From NCBI GenBank assembly GCA_047617745.1, contig JBLGBN010000018.1:1-19174 (forward strand): a stretch of 19,174 nt of DNA, written 5' to 3'. Below are positions 1 through 7,646 of the stretch, one piece after another. The first letter of the stretch is position 1, and every line of letters starts with the position of its first letter. The stretch comes from Candidatus Nanohaloarchaea archaeon (GTDB taxonomy: Archaea > Nanohalarchaeota > Nanosalinia > Nanosalinales > Nanosalinaceae). The notes beneath the pieces are model-generated. The model was not told the DNA's origin and did no database searches. It worked only from the letters and a program-made list of their open reading frames with translations. The position numbers and the translations under genes are program-made.

Positions 1-753
1 CTCCTTCACGGCGGAAAATGCGGTGTAGTCAGTTGAACCGGTTCCGCAGTCAACTACTTCAATACTCTGTGATTTTATACCCTTTTTCAGGCAATTCTTG
101 AGGTTGTTAGAGGTTTTCTTGGGGTCCTTTGTCACAACTATTTTCCTCTCGCTTCTTTCACTGACAAGTTGGCCAAGTGATTTACCAAGTCTGTAAGCGA
201 AGCTCTCGTTCAGCTCCTCCGGGTATTTTCCACGTATATCGTATCTCTTAAAAACCTCCTCGAACTCAGGTGGAGCAAGATGGCGGATTATCTTATCTAA
301 CCCCTCCTTCTCCCTGTCCAGATGCAGTCCTGGCAACTCCACTCTTTCAAGCTCCTCCTCCCAGTCATCTATCAGGAAGTCGATACCGCCGACTTCTTTG
401 GTGCCTTCAGTTATTATTTCATAGCCATCTACGTACTCCAGGGCTCCGGAGTACTCGAGTTTTTCTTTCTGTATAACAGGGTCTCCACGTGTAACTACAA
501 TTACTTCGTGCTCGTCTCTGAGCTTCTCCAGCTCTTCTATATCGCTGTAAAGGTGTTTCCGGCAGTTCCTCATCTCATCCAGAAGCTCCTCCTCGCTAAC
601 ACCCATTATATCTGCGTGTTTCTGGAGGTTGTAGAAACCGTCCTTCTTGGCCTGGTCATATGTATCGCCAAACTTCGGAAATTCTGTGTCCAGCTCCTGT
701 TTGAAGCTGTCAGTATCAAATAGAACTCTGTCAAAGTCTATACCTATCTTCAT
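1..753 (-). CDS. HAD-superfamily domain fused to phosphomannomutase/phosphoglucomutase (3' partial, runs off window)
   Basis: Manual translation from ATG 753 shows no stop down to base 1: MKIGIDFDRVLFDT...VVTRG...GTK...FLIDD (HAD motifs I-IV), then EEVFKRYDIRGKYPEELNESFAYRLGKS...VVTKDPKKTS...VVDCGTGST (alpha-D-phosphohexomutase domain I). The start overlaps the upstream stop as ATGA. Absent from the ORF track. Confidence 0.85.
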   Translation of the reverse strand, partial: MKIGIDFDRVLFDTDSFKQELDTEFPKFGDTYDQAKKDGFYNLQKHADIMGVSEEELLDEMRNCRKHLYSDIEELEKLRDEHEVIVVTRGDPVIQKEKLEYSGALEYVDGYEIITEGTKEVGGIDFLIDDWEEELERVELPGLHLDREKEGLDKIIRHLAPPEFEEVFKRYDIRGKYPEELNESFAYRLGKSLGQLVSERSERKIVVTKDPKKTSNNLKNCLKKGIKSQSIEVVDCGTGSTDYTAFSAVKE

Positions 754-1946
754 TTTACATCGCCGTCTTTCAGTGTCTTTCCAGAGGGAACATTTTTATC
801 GACCTTCTCACCGCTATCGGTCGCTGATCTGTGTCCAATTTTTCTGCCGGGCTTGATCGAGTTGTTAACCCCGAGTTTTGCCTCTGAACCTATGATTGCA
901 CCCATTTTCTCCCGTCCTGTATCGTGTATTTCTCCTTTGACCAGCATCTTGATGTTTTTCTCATCCCCCCGGAGGTTTGCCGTCTTTGTGCCGGCGCCGA
1001 TGTTAACGTTTTTCCCAAGGTATGAATCACCTATATAGCTGAAATGTGGGGCTGCTGAGCCTTCCCTGATCACAGAGTTCTTCACTTCCGAATTACCGAC
1101 TTCGACGTTCTCTTCCAGTACTGTTCCTCCGCGGATGTAGGTGTTCGGCCCGATTTCACACCCTGATTTAATTACTGCCGGTCCTTCAATTACGCAGTTT
1201 TCATCGACCTCAACATTCTCCTCTATAACGGTATCTCCTCTAACCGTGGTTGACTCCGGTATTTCTGATTTGATCGATCTATCGGGTTTCAGAAGCTTCT
1301 CGTTTGCATTTATCAGCTGCCAGGGATAGCTGCAGGGAATCCATCTATCCGATTTAATGACCTCAATGGTTTTCTCTTCAATGTACTTTTTCAGAGCGCC
1401 GGTTATCTCGTACTCTCCTCTCTCCGATTCTTCTACCCTGTCTAGAATATCGAAGAAGCTTTTGTCAACGGAGAAACACCCGGTGTTAACAAGTTCTGAA
1501 GGCGGTTGATCAGGTTTCTCAACAAGATCTTCAATCTCACCGTTATTTTCATCGTAAACCCCGTAATTGCTTGGCTTTTCCGCTTCTGAGGCCAGTACAG
1601 AGTTCCCTGTTTCAATTACTTCCCGGATTTTCTCTCCGTAAATGTCATCACCGTTCAGGATTACAGCTAAGTCCTCGATATGTTCTTTTGCCTGGAGCGC
1701 TGCGTGGGCTGTTCCGAGAGCCTTTTCCTGTTCAACTATTTTCACCTGGGTGCCGGAAAAATATTCCTGGAATTGTTCTATTCTGTATCCCGCTACAACT
1801 ATTATCTCGTCGACATGTTCTTCTACAAGATCGATGTTATGCTGGATGATTGGTTTTCCGGCTACCGGTAGCAGAGGTTTTGGTGTATCCTCTGTTAATG
1901 GTTTCATCCGTGTTCCTTTTCCAGCTGCGAGAATTACTGCTTTCAT
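750..1946 (-). CDS. glmU: Bifunctional sugar-1-phosphate nucleotidyltransferase/acetyltransferase (archaeal GlmU-type)
   Basis: AVILAAGKGTRMKPLT...PKPL nucleotidyltransferase signature, LNGDD and EKP motifs; hexapeptide left-handed beta-helix with PHFSYIGDS...GAGTKTAN acetyltransferase motif. Confidence 0.88.
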   Translation of the reverse strand: MKAVILAAGKGTRMKPLTEDTPKPLLPVAGKPIIQHNIDLVEEHVDEIIVVAGYRIEQFQEYFSGTQVKIVEQEKALGTAHAALQAKEHIEDLAVILNGDDIYGEKIREVIETGNSVLASEAEKPSNYGVYDENNGEIEDLVEKPDQPPSELVNTGCFSVDKSFFDILDRVEESERGEYEITGALKKYIEEKTIEVIKSDRWIPCSYPWQLINANEKLLKPDRSIKSEIPESTTVRGDTVIEENVEVDENCVIEGPAVIKSGCEIGPNTYIRGGTVLEENVEVGNSEVKNSVIREGSAAPHFSYIGDSYLGKNVNIGAGTKTANLRGDEKNIKMLVKGEIHDTGREKMGAIIGSEAKLGVNNSIKPGRKIGHRSATDSGEKVDKNVPSGKTLKDGDVK

Positions 1947-1985
1947 GTAAATCCTTAGATCGTGGTTTAGTTTCTTTTATCTTTT

Positions 1986-3086
1986 CTATTTGCTGATCTC
2001 GCCCAGGTCAGTTCTTGCATCCGGCACAAACTTTACTCCGTAGATCGAGTTGTTCATCTCTACAAAACTTCTGGGCCCGATGAATGATTCCCTGATGGTG
2101 GTGTTGGACTTGATATCTGATTCCTCGGCGAGGACACAGTCCTCTATATGTGTGGATGGGTCTACAATATTTTTCTCGAACAGCAAGGAGGTATCAATGT
2201 CGCTAGATCTAAGCTGGCTTCCTCTTGAAACCGTCGAGTTTCGAACTGTCGTGTTTGAACCGATTACAGAGTTTTTGCCGATGAAAACCTTTCCCTCGAT
2301 AACAGATCCTGCTTTGATTTCTGCTCCCTTCTCGATTACTGCTTCTCCATCTATTACAGCGTCCTCATGAACTTCTGCCTCCTCTGATATCTCTGTTTCA
2401 GGTATCTCATTATATCTTTTCACCCGGTCTGCTTTCCAGAGCTTCCGGTTTGCTCCGATATCTATCCAGTAGTTTTCAACCATCTCGAACCTGACATCTT
2501 TTTCTTCAACCATTTTCTGGACAGCGTCGGTCAGATCTTTCTCACCATCCATATTTTCAAGTATGTCGAAGATTTCTGGAGTGAAAACGTACATCCCGGT
2601 GTTTACAAGTGTGTTTTCCGGGTCTTCCGGTTTTTCGGTTATGCTCTCAACCCTGTCGTTTTTGATGCTTAGAACCCCGAACTTCTCCGGGCTTTCTTCG
2701 GTGTCGGCGAGAACTGTTCCGTCTGATTCCTTCTCCTGGTGTTTATCCAGTAACGCAGATATATCGCCTTGAGAGGTCACTACGTCGCCGTTAACGACCA
2801 CAAAGTCTTCATCAATAAAGTCACAGGTCTCAATGGCTCCGCCGGTCCCGTTCAGTTCTTCCTGAGTCACCACGTTTACATTCGTGTACTCCTCGAACTC
2901 TTCACGGAAATCTTCCTCCCTGTAGTTCGCGACTATGTAGATATCGTCGATCCCTTCCTCCTGTAGATCTGATATCAGGTGTCTGACGATAGGTTTACCC
3001 ATTACAGGTATCATACCTGTTGGCCGTGACTCTGTGAACGGGTAGAGCGACTCCTCTTTTTTGGCGCACGGTATAACTGCTTTCAT
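1986..3086 (-). CDS. GlmU-like nucleotidyltransferase paralog with degenerate active-site motifs
   Basis: Likely start is ATG 3086 (MKAVIPCAKKEESLYPFT), 4 nt after the upstream stop. Same NTP_transferase + hexapeptide architecture as the neighbour; NGD, EKP and WIDIG are kept, but GxGxR and PK are lost. Confidence 0.85.
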   Translation of the reverse strand: MKAVIPCAKKEESLYPFTESRPTGMIPVMGKPIVRHLISDLQEEGIDDIYIVANYREEDFREEFEEYTNVNVVTQEELNGTGGAIETCDFIDEDFVVVNGDVVTSQGDISALLDKHQEKESDGTVLADTEESPEKFGVLSIKNDRVESITEKPEDPENTLVNTGMYVFTPEIFDILENMDGEKDLTDAVQKMVEEKDVRFEMVENYWIDIGANRKLWKADRVKRYNEIPETEISEEAEVHEDAVIDGEAVIEKGAEIKAGSVIEGKVFIGKNSVIGSNTTVRNSTVSRGSQLRSSDIDTSLLFEKNIVDPSTHIEDCVLAEESDIKSNTTIRESFIGPRSFVEMNNSIYGVKFVPDARTDLGEISK

Positions 3087-3090
3087 TGTG

Positions 3091-4365
3091 TTATCCTGCG
3101 ATTTTTTCAGATTCCTCAGCTTCAAGAACCTTTCTATCCTCAACAACTAGGCTTTTTATCTTGTCCTGCGATTTCTCCAGTTCCGGGAAATACTCTCTAT
3201 CGTGGTTTATTGCGTCTTTGATATCGAATAACGCGTTCATAAATACATCGATTTCTTTATCCCCTATTATCTCCTCATCCTTTCTACCTGCCCGGAAAGC
3301 TGCTTTCTCCAGGACTCTGAATAGCTGGTCGTGAAGATAGTTCTCCAGTTCTATTTCCTCTCCCGTATCTAGATCGTATAGTTTCTGGTTGAGCATATCG
3401 CCAGCCAGGTTTCTGTCACCTCTAACTATGAAGAAACGACACTCTTCGTTGACGTAGGCTTTCTTGTTTATTTCGGAGTATTCCCTTTTGAAGAACTTGT
3501 GACCGGTTTTTTTCTTCAGGCTCTGGGACGCGAACATTGCTTCCTCGCTTAACCCCATCCAGCTGGAGTGAAGTTTCAGTTCTATATCCCCTGCGGAGAA
3601 TTCTGCTTTTGTCATTCCTGTTGCTGTATCTGAATTAATTTTCTGGGTGTAACCGCTGTACATATCGGTGAATTTCCCGCTTTCAGGTGTTTTCGGGTGG
3701 AAATACTGGCATTCTGTTTCCTCAAGCTCCATATTCAGTTCTTCGCCGGATGCCTCGACCATATCCAGCGCATATATTTCGTGTACCATTTTATCCAGGA
3801 TATCGCCTCCTTTCACTCCGAGTCTCGCAGTGTTATCAAGTGCTTTCTCAACTCCGATTGAGCTCTCTCTGAATATTTCGATTTCCTCAATATCGCCTTT
3901 TTCAATTATGTCCAGTGCTTTCTTGACTACCGGGCTTTCTCTCTCGATGAAATCTGCTTTCCACATGGCTTCTCCCTGCTCTGATAGTTTTTTCTCTCGC
4001 AGGTGTTCGCCTCGGTTCATTGATGGAGGTTTCTCGGCTAGATGGAAGAAATCGTTCTGCATTGACTGGTAGATATTTTCCGCGTGGTTTGTTGTAGGAC
4101 CTGCGTCGTATATCATTACCTGTGTTCCCAGTTCGTTGCTGTGTTTTCGGGCGTGGGAGTACATCTCTTCTGTTTTCTGGAATGTTTCTATATGAGTATT
4201 GTTTATCTCCGCGAATTTTTCTGCGCTCTCGAGGAGTTCGAAATCTTTTTCGCAGACGCCGCATAGGTCTATCCTGTCGAATTCGCGGGAAAGTTCAACC
4301 AGTTTATCGAAACCATGTCTTCCGAAGTCACCTAGGCCTATCTGGTAGATTTTTACTTCGTCCAT
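3091..4365 (-). CDS. Gfo/Idh/MocA-family NAD(P)-dependent oxidoreductase, divergent
   Basis: Rossmann motif QIGLGDFG, GPTTNH, LAEKP, FIERESP and GDILDKMVHE match the family pattern. Confidence 0.75.
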   Translation of the reverse strand: MDEVKIYQIGLGDFGRHGFDKLVELSREFDRIDLCGVCEKDFELLESAEKFAEINNTHIETFQKTEEMYSHARKHSNELGTQVMIYDAGPTTNHAENIYQSMQNDFFHLAEKPPSMNRGEHLREKKLSEQGEAMWKADFIERESPVVKKALDIIEKGDIEEIEIFRESSIGVEKALDNTARLGVKGGDILDKMVHEIYALDMVEASGEELNMELEETECQYFHPKTPESGKFTDMYSGYTQKINSDTATGMTKAEFSAGDIELKLHSSWMGLSEEAMFASQSLKKKTGHKFFKREYSEINKKAYVNEECRFFIVRGDRNLAGDMLNQKLYDLDTGEEIELENYLHDQLFRVLEKAAFRAGRKDEEIIGDKEIDVFMNALFDIKDAINHDREYFPELEKSQDKIKSLVVEDRKVLEAEESEKIAG

Positions 4366-4417
4366 GTCTAGAAATTGGAACTGATCGGTTTAAAATGAAC
4401 GGCTTCGGGAGGGCTTT

Positions 4418-4555
4418 TCACCCGCTTACTTTCTTCTCCCGTGCCACTTTGAGAGCTGCCTGGTAATGTCTGACACAGAAGACGGAGATATCTGTGTCTG
4501 TTTCGTGTACATGCACCCCTCTCATTTCACATCCGTTTATACTGCAACTCACCAC
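4418..4555 (-). CDS. Small zinc-finger-like protein (~45 aa)
   Basis: Manual translation: (M)VSCSINGCEMRGVHVHETDTDISVFCVRHYQAALKVAREKKVSG*, with Cx4C...CxxH. GTG start (4555 or 4552) preceded by GGTG and an AT-rich promoter-like tract. Confidence 0.6.
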   Translation of the reverse strand: MVSCSINGCEMRGVHVHETDTDISVFCVRHYQAALKVAREKKVSG

Positions 4556-4604
4556 ACACCACTATGTTGTTATTGAGGAGTAAATAATAAAAATGTGGTG
4601 TGGC

Positions 4605-4991
4605 CTACCGTTGAGGCTCAAGCATTGATGCAATTTCTCTCGCCTTGCTTTTATCGGGGTTATCGCTCTCCAACTCTGAAATATATTCGTCAGCCATCAG
4701 CATTTTCTCTTTATGGCGGTAGGCGTTAAGACCTCCAAGCACTGCGGCGGTTGCTGCTACTGCTGTGCCTGCAGTAGCTAATTCCCCCAGAAATTCAGCT
4801 CCATAGGCTCCGCTCGCTGCGCTAGTTCCCAGCAGCGTAAGGGATCCTCCCGACCATCCGCCGGCCTTTTTTCTGTAATCGGCTCTGACCTCTTCCAGAT
4901 CATCTACAATTTCGTCGGAAGAGCTGTAAGAGTTATCCAGCTCCCCAATTTCTTCCAGTTCCGAGTTAACAAGTTCGTAAAACTCTGCCAT
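4605..4991 (-). CDS. Hypothetical membrane protein
   Basis: Acidic N- and C-terminal helices flank a Gly/Ala-rich hydrophobic hairpin (two probable TM segments). Confidence 0.7.
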   Translation of the reverse strand: MAEFYELVNSELEEIGELDNSYSSSDEIVDDLEEVRADYRKKAGGWSGGSLTLLGTSAASGAYGAEFLGELATAGTAVAATAAVLGGLNAYRHKEKMLMADEYISELESDNPDKSKAREIASMLEPQR

Positions 4992-5009
4992 ACTGGTCTA
5001 ATAACACTT

Positions 5010-5023
5010 CAGATATTTATCTG
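5010..5023. promoter_or_regulatory. Palindromic putative operator overlapping divergent TATA-like boxes
   Basis: CAGATA-TT-TATCTG is a perfect 6-2-6 inverted repeat in the 51-nt gap between the divergent 4991 and 5043 starts. Confidence 0.45.
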
Positions 5024-5042
5024 TTGTCACTAACTGATAAGC

Positions 5043-5321
5043 ATGAGCAAGATATCATTCAGGGCGGATGAGGACATTGAAGAGCTGCTGGAGGAACAGG
5101 ATGCCTCAAAGAGCGAGGTCATCCGTGAAGCACTCAGAGAGTACCTCGAAGACGGCCCAGAGCATGAAGATATCGAGACAGATCACCTAGATGATATCCA
5201 TACATACGGTATGAAAGGAGAGATAGAGAAGGCCGAAGAAATTATAGAAGGTTACCGTTCAGATGGAAGAGATTACGAAGCCTTTCTGCTTGAAACCACT
5301 TTGGACCAGTACCGGGAATAA
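5043..5321 (+). CDS. Ribbon-helix-helix (CopG-type) DNA-binding protein
   Basis: N-terminal KISFRADEDIEELLEE...SKSEVIREALREYL fits the beta-alpha-alpha pattern; followed by an acidic helical C-terminal domain. Confidence 0.75.
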   Translation: MSKISFRADEDIEELLEEQDASKSEVIREALREYLEDGPEHEDIETDHLDDIHTYGMKGEIEKAEEIIEGYRSDGRDYEAFLLETTLDQYRE

Positions 5322-5388
5322 TACCCTCCTGAAACATTCCCTATTTAAAACTTAAGTTCCCGTTTCTGGGTATAAGAGGTAGCTTAAA

Positions 5389-5910
5389 ATGGGAGATAGA
5401 CCTGCAAGCATTTACAGAGAGAAACCAAACCAGCCGTACACAAGACAGTCGCAGAAAGGAAAAGATAATTACATCAGCGGAGCTCCGGCTCCAAGAGTCA
5501 CACAGTACGACATGGGAGCAAGAAACACTGACTTCGAGAAATCCGTAGTCCTCCAGGTGGAGGAAGGATGCGGAATCCAGTCGGAAGCTCTCGAAGCCGG
5601 AAGAATCGCAGCTAACTCCCACCTCAGCAAAGTTCTGGACCCTGAGGAAGAGTACTACATGAAAATCCTTCCTTACCCTCACCACGTTCTAAGATACCAC
5701 CCACTAGCCGGTATTGCACAGGCAGACCGTTACTACGAAGGTATGCGTAAACCGTTCGGACGACCAATCGGGAGAGCGGCACTCGTGGACGATGACCAGA
5801 CAATCTTCCGGGTAGATGTAAACGAGGGAGACGTACAGGAAGCACGGAAGGCTCTTGAGCGAGCTAACCACAAGATGCCTGTAACATGCAGGGTCAAGAT
5901 CGAGAAGTAA
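5389..5910 (+). CDS. rpl10e: 50S ribosomal protein uL16 (L10e)
   Basis: RPASIYR, YISGAP, ALEAGRIAAN, PYPHHVLR, ADRYYEGMRKPFGRPIG and KMP motifs; TTTAAAA box at about 5344 and AGAGGT RBS upstream. Confidence 0.96.
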   Translation: MGDRPASIYREKPNQPYTRQSQKGKDNYISGAPAPRVTQYDMGARNTDFEKSVVLQVEEGCGIQSEALEAGRIAANSHLSKVLDPEEEYYMKILPYPHHVLRYHPLAGIAQADRYYEGMRKPFGRPIGRAALVDDDQTIFRVDVNEGDVQEARKALERANHKMPVTCRVKIEK

Positions 5911-5947
5911 CTTTCTTCTCTTATTTTAATTCCACTTCACTTTTTCC
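5911..5947 (+). terminator. Pyrimidine/T-rich archaeal terminator after rpl10e
   Basis: ctttcttctcttattttaattccacttcactttttcc lies immediately after the stop. Confidence 0.5.
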
Positions 5948-5983
5948 CACAGTTATTAATTTCTGCAGTTTCTATACAGTTGC

Positions 5984-7561
5984 ATGGTTGAATGGAAAGG
6001 CCGTCTGGAAGGAGAAGTAGGAGAAAAAGCGCAGATGCTGGACAGGATTGAGAGGTTTCCGGTGCCGAACTTCTTCGTCATAACTTCTGAGGAACTTGAA
6101 CAGATATTTGGCGGTAAAGCCTCGCCAGAACAGATACTTAACACCAGTATAGGATCCGACCAGAAAAAGGAGATCAAAGACGCCTACAAAGATATAGGCA
6201 TGAGCTCAGAGGTCAGAAACGCAACCGGGCGGGCAAAAAACCTTGTTGGAGGCCAGAGAAACAACCAGCTTGTATCAGTAAGGGCCTCTGAAAACGGCGT
6301 TCATTCAAAATACAGATTGAATGTCGGCTCATCGGATTTATTTGATGCTATAAAACAGGTCTCAAGCTCTTATTACGAGAAAGAACAGGAGCTTCCATCT
6401 CTGGTAGTCCAGAAAATGGTTGAACCCGAGTTTTCAGGCTCTGCAGTAACAGGCAGACACGAGGACCCGGATCTGGTTGAAGTTGTGGAAGGCCTTGGAA
6501 CTTCGCTCGAGGAAGGAGGGAACCAGCCATACTTCTATACCCGGGATTCAGGAGAGATAGACTCGAAAAAGCCGGATGAACACCTCAAAGTCACCCGTAA
6601 CCCGATAAACGGCGGTGATAGAGAGAAAAAGGTGGAGCCGGAGCTACCATTTGACGAAGCCGAAATCAGCGAGCTCCTGGGGAAACTCGACTCCGAAGGA
6701 TTAAATATCAAGTTTGCATACAAGAGAGGAGACTTCCATATAGTAGATGCGTGGAAAGAAGATCCTGAACACGAGGTCCTGAAGAACCCTGAGATACAGG
6801 GCGTCAAAGTATCGGAGGGTGATATAAGTGGAACGGTAGGTCAGGAGATAACTTACTCAGAGGAAACTTTACCTCCTGAAGAATACCGGAAACATCTTGT
6901 GGCTAGAACCGGGGGCTACACCAGCAGAGATGCTGAAAAAGCCCGGGAAGAAGGGAAAACAGCTGTTTTCAGCTTCGCGGAAAGTCTTGAACCTGGTCAG
7001 AGGATAAACATGCAGCAGGAATCACCTGAAAGGAAAAACCGGAGCCAGACCCGGATGGATGGAGGAAACCAGAACAGCTTCCCATTCTCCAAGAATAAGG
7101 AGAGAACTGCTGAAAAACATAGCAAATCTACAGATACAGATTTACCGGACTCAGTGCTTGCGACCCAGGTTCTGCCGCTGAATCCGAGGAATGGGAAAGG
7201 TGTCTTCACCTCACCGCCTTACGGAGAAGGGTATGTCCTGACAGATAGACCTTCAGGAGAGAACGAGTTCTCTCGGGAAAACTATGTGGATAGCTGTGAG
7301 AAAGCATTCCGGTTTGAGGGAGAGAAACTGATGCTGGATGTCAGAAAACTGGGAGACGAGAAGAAGGAAGTTATAGATTATCTTGAAGCCGGCACCAAGG
7401 TCCTGATCGTTGGAAATCCGGATACTGAAACCCTTAGAAAGGCTGTTGATAACGGTTTTGACACGGTTGCCTGCGAGGAACGTTTCATGGAAGGCGTGGA
7501 GACTAAGATGGCGAGAGCTGAAAAGAAGTTTATGGTGGAAAAGCTTCAGGAGCTTGAATGA
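5984..7561 (+). CDS. PEP synthase (pyruvate, water dikinase)-like protein, shortened, catalytic His replaced
   Basis: PPDK_N motifs VGEKA, FPVPNFFVIT, VSVRAS, VVQKMV and EGLG; swivel-domain motif GGYTSRDAEKAREEG (canonical GGxTSHAAIxxRExG); short PEPS-like C-terminus. 525 aa. Confidence 0.8.
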   Translation: MVEWKGRLEGEVGEKAQMLDRIERFPVPNFFVITSEELEQIFGGKASPEQILNTSIGSDQKKEIKDAYKDIGMSSEVRNATGRAKNLVGGQRNNQLVSVRASENGVHSKYRLNVGSSDLFDAIKQVSSSYYEKEQELPSLVVQKMVEPEFSGSAVTGRHEDPDLVEVVEGLGTSLEEGGNQPYFYTRDSGEIDSKKPDEHLKVTRNPINGGDREKKVEPELPFDEAEISELLGKLDSEGLNIKFAYKRGDFHIVDAWKEDPEHEVLKNPEIQGVKVSEGDISGTVGQEITYSEETLPPEEYRKHLVARTGGYTSRDAEKAREEGKTAVFSFAESLEPGQRINMQQESPERKNRSQTRMDGGNQNSFPFSKNKERTAEKHSKSTDTDLPDSVLATQVLPLNPRNGKGVFTSPPYGEGYVLTDRPSGENEFSRENYVDSCEKAFRFEGEKLMLDVRKLGDEKKEVIDYLEAGTKVLIVGNPDTETLRKAVDNGFDTVACEERFMEGVETKMARAEKKFMVEKLQELE

Positions 7562-7646
7562 TCGTAAAATCGCGATTTTTCTTATGGCCTGTTCTTTACA
7601 AGCAACCGCATCTAACTAAAAAAGTTTGCTGATCCAGTTCTATATT

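Noticed and set aside
3087..3146. N-terminal extension of the 386-aa ORF; similar extended starts at 7626, 14864 and 15952
   Set aside because: The 3146 extension overlaps the upstream gene and the others run into promoter/RBS sequence; downstream ATGs fit the family N-termini better.
270..4466. Many plus-strand ORFs in the track (for example 322-723, 2050-2370, 3668-4072)
   Set aside because: They are antisense shadows of well-supported minus-strand genes and have no motifs. The same applies to shadow ORFs elsewhere in the window.
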